From Basidiobolus meristosporus CBS 931.73 (lineage: Eukaryota > Fungi > Basidiobolomycota), in assembly GCA_002104905.1 (NCBI GenBank), contig MCFE01000534.1, positions 1 to 61,581 of the forward strand: 61,581 bases of DNA, read 5' to 3'. Below, one piece after another: positions 1-13,796 of this stretch (positions are counted from its first letter, which is position 1; each line of letters starts with the position of its first letter). Both the position numbers and the translations under genes were made by a program. The notes under the pieces were generated by a model. It saw nothing but the letters and a program-made list of their open reading frames with translations, was not told the DNA's origin and made no database searches.

Positions 1-660
1 TATCGTAGAGAAACAGCCCATCATCCAATTCAACTGATGTGATTTCCTTCAGAATGTATGGCAAAGTGCACCCCCCCCCCACAACTCTACCAATAAATTA
101 TATTCGAACTAGTGCATTGATTTCAACTCGCATGGCTCAGCCAGGAATGATGCAGAGCACAAAGTATTGGTTGCTTGGAAATATTTACTGGATTGTTTCG
201 ACTTGAGCTACCGGGGTTGCTCTGGTGATGCTCGAGCGCCGGTAGATCAACTCAAATATGTTACAGATGTGAAGGGAGAATAAAATTGTAAATAGTCTTG
301 GAACGGATTCCGTCAACTAGTGCTTACTAACGGGAAAGTAAAAACGATGGCATTCATTACATTAAGTATGTGAAATGTGCGATTTCCGAATGATCAACGT
401 GAAGCCGAACTCTAGAAATCCATGAACCGCCCTCAAAAAACCAACTCATAAAGGATAATGTACATCCAAAAACTATGATACACAATGCAAAAAGATAAAT
501 GAAATACTAACGTCAAGAGGAGCGTTCTTCACCACTTTGGTTGCTTTAGATGGCGCATGTATCACCTCACAACTACGGATTGGAGCCTAAATTGCGGGAT
601 GCATCTTACATTCCATGAAGAAGCTAGCAGCATATCACCAACGAAGCGCACCCTCCGTGC

Positions 661-1901
<1,241 letters not shown>

Positions 1902-4585
1902 TGTCTCAACGATAATATGAAGTTGTGGAAAAATAAAATACTGTAGACAGTGTAGTTTATGCCTTTGGCTTCGATTAACTGCAAGGCAGGTGATGCGGAT
2001 ATCAAATTGATAAAGAATTTTACGGGAAACTGAGGCAGATGCACCGAATTTATGGGACAAGTTACACAGAACTTCGATAATATGATACGGAAATACTGAT
2101 GAAATAGCCACTAGGAAGCCATACTAGTGGATAATTGACGGGTTGTTGGACCGCCTCAACTGACTCCCGTTCATTGGCCCGAGACACCAAAATTACCACA
2201 ATCTCGTCATTTCCTTGAATCGACTTCCTAATCCGTCACAGTATTGTATTGCATATATATTTGAAGCAAATATGCCTTACAAGAATCCATTTCCTGTATG
2301 GGATAAATATATGAGTGCCATTATATGATCCAGAATTGGGCTAATGCAGAGATACGGATAATTTCAGTTCCCATTCACCAACATCCCGACCATGGAAGTC
2401 GGGTCGTGATGGCTGCGAGTAGGGAACATATAGTGGGAATTAAGCGGCTCAGTGAGTAGGGAAAGGACATTGAATGTTGCAGGAGGTACCGTCCGTACCC
2501 AATGCGATTCAGGAATTCTTCGGATATCCTGCATCAACAGGTCCCATCAAGGGACTAATATATCGGAGCAAGATATGGAATAGATTGTGGCTTGGATTGG
2601 TCAATCGGTTTTATTTTCGGTGAACGCAACATGGTGCACTGTCGGCCATAAGTAGGCCCCACTTCGAGCTGGTGGGTAAATATGCTTACCAATAGTGCTT
2701 GCAGAGCTGCTTATGATTTACCTCGCTGATGGCCACACCTACTGCATTCAAGTGAATGCTCTAGACATGTTACCGCCGATTTAAGGGTGCTGGATATGGA
2801 TGCCGTTTCAATCCAGCTCCCAGAATTCAGTAAAGCGAGACTGATTGGGGGGTGCCACGGGGCTTGTGGTTGGACTTGTGAATAGGCCTTCACAAGCGTA
2901 TCCTGCCCCCCGCCATGGATATGCCAACGCCAGCATCACTTGTGACAAACGTCTGCATTGAAGGATAGCCTTGGTCATCGTGAGCCTGTTTTTAAAACCT
3001 GTTATCGCATTGGCGAAACCTGTGTCTGATGGAATATGGGGTGTTTCGACCTCAACCCAGTCATGCACCAACTCATTTCCTAGATGGTAAGCTGAGTGCA
3101 GGCTTGAAGAGTGAGTCATCCATAGCTGATTGCGGAGTAACATAGGAGTTTAAATTTGTCAATGACGCAGCGAAAGCTGCCTTGGGCGTTAGACAGAATG
3201 CGTCATCCAGCCATACGGCGAGAGCACCGGGCGATCAAAATGCACCCCAATTCCTGTGCAACATAAATGGGTTGATCGAGATCTCTTTTTTACCACTGAA
3301 GGCACCCTTGGGGCGGACTACAGCTTCTGGGAATGCAAGAGTCTAAAGAGGTATGTGGCTTCGATGGTGGAATCCTTATAGGAGGTGGCTCCTGATCTTC
3401 AGCCCGCGCCTCTATTGGCTGGAACAGTAGTCAGCGTATCCGTATCAATAGGTGCTGGAATTTAAACATATTAGTAAGGTATGCGGGCACCACGTGATTC
3501 GTCTGCCGTTGCTCTCCCCGCTGGCGTGAAGGGGTGGCCAATAGGAGCAGGGCACACTGAATCTAGAACTGAGGTTGATTGAATCTCATATACGAGATTG
3601 ATGTTGAAAGAATCCACATCCGTTGACTTGCTGGTGTCTTTTTGGTAGCCCCAGATGATGCTAATTAAATGCTGGACGTGTGCAGTCCAATTAATTCATA
3701 GTGAGACTCAGTTGTAGAGGGTTAAAGGCATGTACGAAGGCTTCATTAGGCACGAACTAACTAAGGCGATTTTACCGGGGTTCACGTACTCGAGTGCGTC
3801 CCCAAAAATCGTTTGTTCACCAGATGGTCATGATGATATATGTAAGATGGAGCGGTAGGGCCGATTGAAACAATCTACCATGTGAAACGGCAAGTGACTT
3901 CAACTCGCATAATCAAGGATTCAGTCCTGATTACCTGTTGCTACTCCAGTGTTCCTAATTCAAGTTCAATAGTCAACATCCCCACACACACAATGTGATA
4001 TGTACATATACGAGCCATTGAGATAGTACTCTGCACCTATATTAAACTACAGTGTTTCATGTGAGGTGTTGCCGTGTTGCTCACGCCATTCAGGTGACAG
4101 AGGACTATTTCGTCTATTGTGGATGGGATAGATTATGCTGCGAACTACAATATATGTATAGATTCATGTCTTACCGAAGCATATCACGTAGTGATGGTGT
4201 GGCATTTGTTGATGTAGCCCCAGCGAGCAGGCAGGCCCCTGGCACGCACTGGTAAGTCAATATATTCCTTAAAAATACTGAGGCATGCGAGCTCAATCAA
4301 TTCTAAAACCATACAAATCACTCCATTACGAGTGTACAGTATGCGTTGATATCCTTCTGCCCAAACTTGGCTCCAACGTAAAAGCAGAATCAGTGAGGCT
4401 TAGCAATACTCATCCTTGGACTGTACATATATAAGCGAAGCCTATATCAAACCCGCAAACCTAATCAATTAAATTATTAGCATTCAGTTGTTTTCTACGT
4501 TTCCCGACAGCCCCAGATTCCGAATAAATTCCATTCCCTAAATTTAGTGATAGGATATCAATTTCCATTCACTTCAGTCTTAATA

Positions 4586-5587
4586 ATGACTTCGAATGGG
4601 GAGGTAGGTGGCGCTATTGATATCCCAAGACATCATTCATGACGCTTTTTAGCACCTAGACCTTAGTCTTCCAAATCGCGAAATATCCATTGACAAGAGC
4701 GTATCCAGGGATATCCGTTCGAAAGGCTTTTCTGGAGTTCGTCAAAACGAGAGGTCACCTGAAAGGTCTCGCCGTCGAGGTCGATCCAGAGATGGTCGCG
4801 ATAGACATCATCATAGGCTAAGAGACAGGTCCAAGGATAGACCACATGAAAGGCAACGCAATTTATCCAACAGATACCACAAACATCGTGATTCCCGAGG
4901 TAGTCAACGTCGTGATTCCAGGTTTGGTTTTATTCCGAGTGACTATTCCGGTCCTTCCCTTCTTAAAGTCTCCTCATTTTTAGATCTCGAAGCCCTTCCA
5001 GAAGGAAGCATCAGGACAGCAATCTCCTAAAAAGAAAGGTACGGAGCGCTGCTGTATTTCAAGCATTATGTCTAACTCTTATCCTCAGGAGACCCCTCCT
5101 CCGTCAAAAGTCTTGGGTGTTTTCGGACTGAGTTTACACACTCGTGAGCGAGATCTTGAGGAGCTGTTTGACGAGTTTGGCAAGCACGAGAGTGTTACCA
5201 TTGTGTACGATCACAGGGTACCTATTCCAAAAGCTATAGTCTACCTGCTAAATCCTGTGCATAACTTCCTGCCTATAGACAGACCGCTCCCGCGGGTTTG
5301 GGTTTGTTAGCTTCGAGTATGAAGAAGACGCAGTTAGGGCGAAGGAGAAAACCAATGGCTTGGTAGGTGGATTACAGTATTGACTTTGTACTATGTAGTT
5401 GATTCCATTATCATATCAGGAGCTTCACGGTAGACGGATTCGAGTTGACTTTTCAATGACCCAGAAGCCGCATTCACCCACTCCAGGGCAGTATATGGGT
5501 AGACAGACAGAACGCCCTCCGGGTCAACATTATCAACCCAGATCATGGTCTAGGTCCAGATCGAGGGGAAGGAGTCACTCTCGTTAA
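4586..5587 (+). CDS. TRA2: Transformer-2-like RS-RRM-RS splicing regulator
   Basis: Exons give MTSNGE / RS-rich ([14 protein letters not shown]) / [19 protein letters not shown]...VYDHR / [10 protein letters not shown] / [27 protein letters not shown] / [11 protein letters not shown]. The RRM plus the PHxPTPGxYMG linker is diagnostic of Tra2. Confidence 0.88.
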
Positions 5588-6062
5588 CCTGCAATGTGTT
5601 CAGCCTGTAATTGCAACCTGTTTTCTGAGTCTCTTGTGTCCGAACAACTTGCACCTGCCTTTCTTGATGTTCAAAATTTCAACTATAGCAAGCATATAGT
5701 AGCAGCCTTTCCCTCAAATGATTATCAAGGCCAAGTGACTCAGAAGTAAACATCGCCTTCACTGACTTAATGACTGCTAACTTATCTACAATAACACTCA
5801 CAGATCAATGGATGTTTGATTGTGATGAGATCCTGGAATACTACCATTTTCTCAGATGCTTTTTGTATATAATCTATACCAGGTGAGTTCTTAGTCACTT
5901 TATTCCTATGATAACTGTAGGAGCAGATTATCATACCATTGCCTCCTGGACACTAATCTTTTATCTACCACCATAGCTCACAAGAGCTATTGTCAAAGAT
6001 ATCAGACCTTCAATGCTTCTCTAGCAGTTCTGGATATATACTTTTTATAGAAACCTACCAGC

Positions 6063-7033
6063 TGTTGTAGAAATCTGTAATTGCACCTAGATATTCACCC
6101 AACTTAGTCACTTACATTGTTTCCTACTAATCTTAGAGAATTCCAAGCAAATTCCTTACTGGCATCTACTTGGAGTATTTCACCAAAACATCAGGTGACC
6201 AGAACAGCAAGATCCTCAAAGATGTCCAAACAGCCCTACACTTTGCACACATCTTTCTAAGATCTTCCTAAGTACATCTACGTGCTCATTCCTTCAAGTA
6301 CTTGTGAAAGTATAAATATCACTTTTTCACTCAATATATCATTAAGTGAAAATTACTGTTCTCCCAATCATTTCCAATATCTCCCAAACTCTTACAACAG
6401 ACTATGAGCCCCAAGCTGTCACCATCTGGAATGCCTACTGCTCACATCACTGTGATTTTTTCCCCTCTACTGCAAGTTCAATGGATTTAACTACTAAATA
6501 TAGAAGATGAATATGAAGATGCTGCTACAGGAAGGAGGCACTTGGAATATTGCTATGGGAAAAGAAGCCTTAGGTACACAAGAAAGAACAGAGCGCCTTT
6601 AACTGCATTTGTCTAAATGCTAAAGACAAATTGCAAACTCAATGTGCAAGAGCAAAAACAGCAAAGAATGCCTGGAAGGCATTAGAAAACATCAATCAGT
6701 CATGTTCCGCTGATAAGAAAATGCATTGTGAACAAAAATCCTTTATCACCAAGATGCTCTCAGGTAAAGAAATGTAGATTTAGTCAACCAGATCAACCTG
6801 TAGGTTGATGAAATGGAATTTATGGGCTTACAAGCTACTGATAATGATGCAATAGCTACCATCATACATAGCCAGACAGACAAGTCTCAGGGCTTTGTAT
6901 CAGCTGTAGAGTCCAGAAGTGAGGACTTGACCTTAAATGGTGCATATAAAAGGCTCCTGGATATGGATTCAAAAAAATCAGCTGCCATTGAGAAGGAAAA
7001 AGAAGATTCAATAAGCAAGGATAACCACCAAAG
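6063..7033 (+). mobile_element. Ty1/copia remnant: 5' LTR (family A, 6063-6399), degenerate PBS and decayed gag
   Basis: TG...CA LTR similar to the other family A copies, then GACTATGAGCCC, then a gag-like frame (ESRSEDLTLN). Confidence 0.8.
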
Positions 7034-7378
7034 TGTTGCAACTATTGAGTTGTCACCCAAGTATTCATGCTAACTTAGTCACATAGTCTTATTCAGTGAT
7101 TAGCCTTCTGTCCTGACCAAGTTTCTTGTTGGGATTTACTTCAATGTTAATACTTTATTATAAGATACCCAGATTATGAGCATTCTCAAAGTTGCCCAAA
7201 AGTCCTCAAATTTTGCACCCATATTCTTGGGACCTTCCTTAGCTAACATCACACATTTGCTTGCTCTAATGATTGAATATACAAATACCATAGTTTTGAT
7301 CAATAAACTCACATGTGAATAACTTGTAAATCCTCTAGTTCTCCACATCACTTCCAATACTCCTCATAATTTGCAACA
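7034..7378. repeat. LTR, family B (related to A)
   Basis: TGTTGCAA...TTGCAACA termini; homologous to 9846-10194 and 47994-48340; flanks CAAAG/CAAAA. Confidence 0.7.
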
Positions 7379-7810
7379 CAAAGGGGTATCTTTTAGTAGA
7401 TCTTCTGTCTTCTAAACTTTGTCCCCAATCAGCATCAGAATATCCCACAAGATCCTTCTGTGAATCCCAATTGGTGTACCATGGAGAGATTTTAGTAGTT
7501 TCTTTTAGGTATTTAAAAATCTGCTTAATGGATGCAATATGATTAGATCCACAGTTATGATTATGCCAGCTGACAACCCCCTCTGAACATGAGATATCTG
7601 AGTGTGTTCTAAGCTTGATATGTATCAAATTGCCAGCCACAGATTGTTAAGGGATTTCTGGGCTTTCAGATGGCACCAAGCTCACTTGAATTGACTGTGT
7701 TTGACCTTGTTGAGGTTTGTTTCCATTGGGGTAGCTGCCTGTTTACAGTCTTTCATTTGGCACTTCTTTGGTATAACTTAAATATACTTGGACTGACTTA
7801 GGGTGATAGT

Positions 7811-8159
7811 TGTTGTAAGAGTCTTGGAGATATCGGAAGTGATTGGGAGAACAAGTAAATTATGTGGTTTTCACTTAATGATTTATTGAATGTAAAAGTG
7901 GTATTTATACTTTTACCTGGTCTTGGCATTACAAACACATAGAATAGGTTAAGGAAGGTCCCAAGAACATGTGTGCAAAGTTTGGGGCTGTTTGGACAAC
8001 TTTGAGAATTTTCATGTTCTGGGTACCTGGCATTTTGGTGCAGATATTATAAGTAAATCCCGACAAGGAATTTGGTCAGTATTCTCTAGGATTTGAAGGT
8101 GATGATCTAAGTGACTAAGTTAGGTGAATATTTAGGTGGAAATACAAATTTTTACAACA
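7811..8159 (-). repeat. Solo LTR family A with 5-bp TSD ATAGT
   Basis: TGTTGTAAGA...TTTACAACA flanked by ATAGT on both sides, inside the RT region of the older element. Confidence 0.92.
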
Positions 8160-9769
8160 ATAGTCTGGGCACTTCTGTCTAAGGAGAACTTTATCCTTAA
8201 ATGGTAACTGATCACTCCTATATCAGACATCTTGAACTCCTTAGATAAGCTAGATTTAGTCTATTCCTATGTTTCTTGGTCATTAGTGGCTATTGTAAGT
8301 TCATTAGCACATAGTGCCTATGGAGCTATATTTTCTCTATCTGACTTATAGTAGAAACTATAATCAGCAGTACTGCATTGGAAACTCAAAGACTCCAAAT
8401 AACAATCTATCTTGCAGTTACAGGCTCTTGGTGATTGTTTAAGTGCCATCGTTAAGCTTGCATTCCAAATGGGGGTTATTTTGGTCATCAGATCCATCAG
8501 ACTGGTTCATGTACATGTCTATATCAAGTTTCCCACTGAAAATGCAGATTTTACATCCATATGACTTGTAAAAAACTGTCATTTGGCTGCAATAGCTACT
8601 GTTAATCTGATGGAATTAAACTTGGCTACTGGTACAAAGGTGTCAGTATAGTCAAGTCCTTTTGTTTGAAGGTACTCTTTGGCCACAAGTCTTGCTTTGT
8701 ATTTCCCATTTGTACCATCAGCCTTGTATTTTGTCTTGAAGACCAATCTGCATCCAACTGATTTTCAGTTGATTGGTAATTTAACCAAGTCCCCAGTTTG
8801 ATTTTCATTCAGGGCCTGATACTCCTCAGTCATTGCAGATCTCCAAAACTTTGTCTGAGGGCTATTAAGGGCCTCATTTACAGTCTGGGGCTCATCAATA
8901 CAGACTGAATAGGCATAGGCCAAGTTTGTACCCTGATTGATATAGTAACTAGTGCTATTTCTGGACTGTTTGGATCTTCTGGCCTGGAATACTAGAATAA
9001 TCACTTCTGGGTTATTTCTGGGTATTAATTCAGGCTGAACCATGGGTGTAGAGTCATTTGGAGTGAAAAAATCTTAATTTCTTTGCTCTGATTCAACCTC
9101 AACTATTGGTGGGCCTGAGATCAGATTTTTGTCATCATTTGATGCCAATTTTTGTGAAAAATTTGGATTTCTTCAAACTACACATCTCATGAATTATGTG
9201 GCTTCTTGGCTTTTGTATTGTAGAGTCTGTATGCTTCACTTTGATTGCAGTAGCCCATAAACATGCATTTAACACTTTTTGTCTCACGTTTAGTCTGATT
9301 ACCTGGCAATTTTTTGGCATATAGTGTACACCCCAATATTCTTAGATGTTCTGAACTTGCTTGGCATCCATACTAAGCCTCAAATGAATCAGAATCATTA
9401 AGCCTTCTTTAATAACTCCTATTGTAAGTTATACAGCTGTGGCAATTGATTCCACCCAAAAATTATATGATAATTTTTGATCATGGTTCATATATATGGC
9501 CATATCATTAATTGACCTATTTGCATGTTCTACCTCTCTGTTTTGCAGTGGGGAGTATAGTATAGTAGTCTCTTGCTTCATCCCATGAATTCTGCCAAAG
9601 TGGATGAAGAGTTTTGAGGTGTATTCTTCACCATTGTCAGAGCAAATTTTCTTGAATTTTTTGCCAGTTTCTCTCTCCACTATGGCCTTGCACTCTCTGA
9701 GCCTAGACAGAGCTTCCACCTATCTTTTCATTAAGTAGACCCATGTATATCTTGTGTATGTTGATAGAG

Positions 9770-10445
9770 TCTATTGGAAGTCATTGTGGTAACAAGTAGA
9801 TCATGTGGTTTCACTCAATAATATATTGAATGTGAAAGTAGTGTTTGTTGTAATTATTAAGTTGTCACCTAAATATTCATGCTAGCTTAGTCACATAGAT
9901 CTTATTCTTTGATTAGCATTCTCTCCTGACCAAATTTCTTGTTGGGATTTACTTAGAATATTCTCACCAAATTATCAGGTACCCAGATTATGATCTTTCT
10001 CAGAGTTGTCCAAAAGCCCCCAAATTTTGCACACATATTGTTGGGACCTTTGTTAACAGGCTCTTCATGTTTGTTTGCTCTACTTTATCAAGTGTATAAA
10101 TACCATACTTTTGATCAATAAATCTACAAGTGAAAAACATGTAAATCCTCTAGTTCTCTACATCACTTCCAACACTCCTTGGAATATTGCATCAGTGGTA
10201 ATATTTTTACATGGTCTTGGCAAGACAAAAGCAAAGCATAGGTTAGGAAAGGCTCCAAGAGCATGTGTGCAAAGCTTGGGGCTGTTTGGATAACTTTGAG
10301 AATTTTCATGGCCTGGGTACCTGATACTTTGGATAAAATATTCAAAGTATATCCCAACAAGGATTTGATCAGTATTCTCTAATATTTGCAGGTATTGATC
10401 TCAGTGGCTGAGTCAGGTGAATATTTAGGTGGAACCACAAACCCT
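9770..10445 (-). repeat. Old family A LTR split by a family B LTR (9846-10194)
   Basis: The LTR A sequence breaks at ...AAAGTAGTGTT and resumes at GTGGTAATATTTTTACATGG; near-TSD GTGTT/GTGGT. Confidence 0.7.
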
Positions 10446-11253
10446 TACAGCTGTATAACCATTGATAAAAGTGATTGATAGTTCATCCCACTGAAGGGTA
10501 AATTTGGCATAGGTCCATACAGTTCTGAGTGAATTAGCTCTATTTTCTCTTAGTTTTGATTTGCCCAGAGCCCTAGAATGGCTGCCTTGCTTGTTTCCCA
10601 TATATGCAGGCTTCACAGTGCTTCAAACTAGCTGGAGATACATTGTTACTTCAGAAAGTAGCTGATATTTCATCATTTTGCACAAATATTCAAAATTGAT
10701 GTATCCAGATCTCCTGTGCCAAAGTATTGGTGTTTCTTCATTTAAGTTACTTATATTGGCTTCCAGATATGATGAAATATAAGTCAACTTGTACTAATTT
10801 TGATCTCTGACACCCAGAGCAACATGGGCACCATTTTGATTGGTGGTCCTGTATCCAGAATTGTCAAAGCTGAAACTGAGTCCTTCTGCTGTGGCCTTGC
10901 TTACAGATAGTAAATTCTTGGCTATTTCTGGCACAAATAATACTTCTTTGAAGGCAAGTGAGTGGCTTCCACCACTGTTTCTAAGGTTTACTTGAAGAGT
11001 TCCTTCTCCCGCTGCATCAAGTGTTTTATCATCACCCATGAAAACCTTCTTCATTGGAATTTCTTGATACTGGATAGAAAGTTTTTTATGGTGTGTAAAG
11101 TGTTGAGATGCTCCAGAGTCAATACACCATATGTGAGAATCCTTTTTTGTAGTCATCTTTGTGCAGATATGAATAGTCTATCCTCAGTTGTTGCAGTGTT
11201 TCTATATTCAGGCTTTTTCTGCTGCCTGTCTCTTTTGAGGCACAGGTCTTATG

Positions 11254-11602
11254 TGTTGTAAGAGTCTTGGAGATATTGGAAGTGATTTGGAGAACAAGTA
11301 GATTATGTGGTTTTCACTTGATGATTTATTGAATATAAAAGTGGTATTTATACTTTTACCTGGTCTTGGCATTACAAACACGTAGAATAGGTTAAGGAAG
11401 GTCCCAAGAACATGTGTGCAAAGTTTGGGGCTGTTTGGACAACTTTGAGAATTTTCATGTTCTGGGTACCTGGCATTTTGGTGAAAATATTCTAAGTAAA
11501 TCCCGACAAGGAATTTGGTCAGTATTCTCTAGGATTTGAGGGTAATGATCTAAGTGACTAAGTTAGGTGAATATTTAGGTGGAAATTACAAATTTTACAA
11601 CA
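11254..11602 (-). repeat. Solo LTR family A with 5-bp TSD TTATG
   Basis: TG...CA LTR flanked by TTATG on both sides, inserted between gag and protease of the older element. Confidence 0.92.
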
Positions 11603-12699
11603 TTATGTGTGTCCTTTCCTTTGCTGTAGTTGCAAAATAAGTTACTATTGCCTTTAGAGGGTCTTGAATACCTCTTTTGTTGGTCATCAATGCTTATTAA
11701 AGGATTTTCTTCTTCCTTCTTATAGTTGATTGATTTTCTAAATTCTTCATCCAGGAGGCTTTTATATACATAATTCAAGGTCAAGTCTTCAGTTCTGGAC
11801 TCTAGGGATAATACAGGACCCTGAAACTTGTCTGTCAGGCTATTCAGGATGGTAACTATCACATCCTCATCTGTGGTTGATATGCCCACAGATTTCATCT
11901 CACCCACCAGCAGTGTAGTTCTTTAAATTAGATTCTTCATATCATCTCATGGCAGCATCTTTGTAGTAGAGAAGTTTTTTTTCTGAGATACATTTTTTGA
12001 TCAGCTAAGCATAATTGGTAGGTGTATTCTAATGCCTTTCAGACATTAATTGCTGTTTTTGCACTTGAGCATTATATTAGTAATTAGTCTTTAACATTAA
12101 GGCAAATGCAGTCAAGGGCACTCTGTTCTTTCTTCTGGTACTTTTAAGGTTTCCTCTCCCACATTTTTAGGAGGGCATACTTCTTCCATTACAATATCTC
12201 ATAGGCTTCTTTCTTTTCTCAGCACCTTCTTCACCCTCCACACTTGATAGTTAGCTCCATCCAACTTTTCAGCAGAGGGAAAACTTCCAGTAGTAGCAGT
12301 AGTACACATTACACAGAGTGACAGCTTAGGGCTCACAATCTGCTGTAAGAGTCTTGGAGATATTGGAAGTAATTGGGAGGACAAGTTAATTATGTGGCTT
12401 TCATGTCATGGTTTATTTAATGTAAAAGTAATATTTATACTTTTACATTATCTTGGCATAACAAACATGTAGAATAGGTCTGGGAATATGCCAAGAACAT
12501 GTGTGCAAAGTGTGTGGTTGCTTGGACAACTTTGAGAATTTTCATGCTCTGGGTACTGGGTATTTTAGTGAGAATATTTGAAGTAAGTCCCAACAAGGAA
12601 CTTGGTCAGTATTCTCTAGAATTTGTAGGTAATGATCTACATGATTAAGCTCTATGAGTATTTAGGTGGAATTACAAATTTTCATAACAGATTATATGA

Positions 12700-13310
12700 C
12701 ATTCACTTAATGATTTACTGAATGCAAAACCGGTACTTATACTGTCACATGGTCTTGGCAAAACAAATACATAAAATATGTCTAGAAAGGTCCCAAGAGC
12801 CTGTGTGCACAGCCTGAGTCTGTTTGGACTGCATTAAGAAATTTCATGCTCTGGGCACTTGACATTTTGGTCAAAATATCACAGGTGAATCCTAACAAGG
12901 AATTTGGTCAGAATTCTCATGGATTTGCAGGTAATGATCTGTGACTAGATTAGGGGCATATTCAGGTGTAATGATAAGGTTTGCAACAATTTTCATCATA
13001 ACACCAGGCACCAAATCATGAGAAATCTCAAAGTTGTCTAAACAGCCACATTCATTACAGCCCAGGTAAAAGTACAAATACTACTTTTACATTGAGCATA
13101 TGATCTGGTGAAAGCCACAAAATATAAATGTTCCCAAAATCACCAGCAACATCTCCAAGACTCTTGCAACAGGTTATGAGCCCCAAGCTGCCACTCTCTG
13201 GGATGTCTGCTACTGCAATTACTGAATTTTTCCCAATGCAGAAAAGTTGAATGGATCTATCTACCAAGCTGTGAAGGTGAAGATGAAGATGCTGCTGAAG
13301 CTTATTGCGT
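12700..13310. mobile_element. Two partial family A LTRs in opposite orientation, followed by a perfect PBS (13172-13183) and the gag start
   Basis: LTR homology; ...CTCTTGCAACA-GGTTATGAGCCC; then a degraded gag N-terminus. Confidence 0.7.
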
Positions 13311-13447
13311 TGCTACAGGGTATTCACCCAAAATTTAATTTGAAAGATATTAGCCAATTCTTATAATTAGTGAAAGTGTGGAAGTTATCAATATTTTCTA
13401 AATAGTCCAAATGTTGCACACAGCTTCCCAGAGTCAAGAGAACACTA

Positions 13448-13796
13448 TGTTGTAAGAGTCTTGGAGATATCAGAAGTGATTTGGGAGGACAAGTAGATTA
13501 TGTGGTTTTTGCTTGATGATTTATTGAATGTAAAAGTAGTATTTATACTTTTACATGGTCTTGGCATTACAAGCATGTAGAATAGATTAAGGAAGGTCCG
13601 AAGAACATGTGCGCAAGTTTGGGGCTGTTTGGATAACTTTGAGAATTTTCATGTTCTGGGTGTCTAGTATTTTGGTGAAAATATTCTAAGTAAATCCCAA
13701 CAAGAAATTTGGTCAGTATTCCCTAGGATTTGAAGGTAATGATCTAAGTGACCAAGTTAGGTGAATATTTAGGTGGAATTACGAATTTTTACAACA
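13448..13796 (-). repeat. Solo LTR family A
   Basis: TG...CA termini; flanks CACTA/CATTA (TSD with one C>T change). Confidence 0.88.

Larger units (their letters stand above)
7379..12689 (-). mobile_element. Decayed near-full-length Ty1/copia element (5' LTR 12341-12689, PBS, gag, PR, IN, RT, RNase H) with nested LTRs
   Basis: Minus-strand fragments in copia order: gag (AEKLDGANYQVWRVK; ESRTEDLTLN), protease WCIDSGASQHF, integrase (ERETGKKFKKICSDNGEEY), RT (AMTEEYQALNENQT..LVKLP; KARLMVQ), RNase H (GYSDADW...DRRST). Many stops and frameshifts. Confidence 0.9.
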
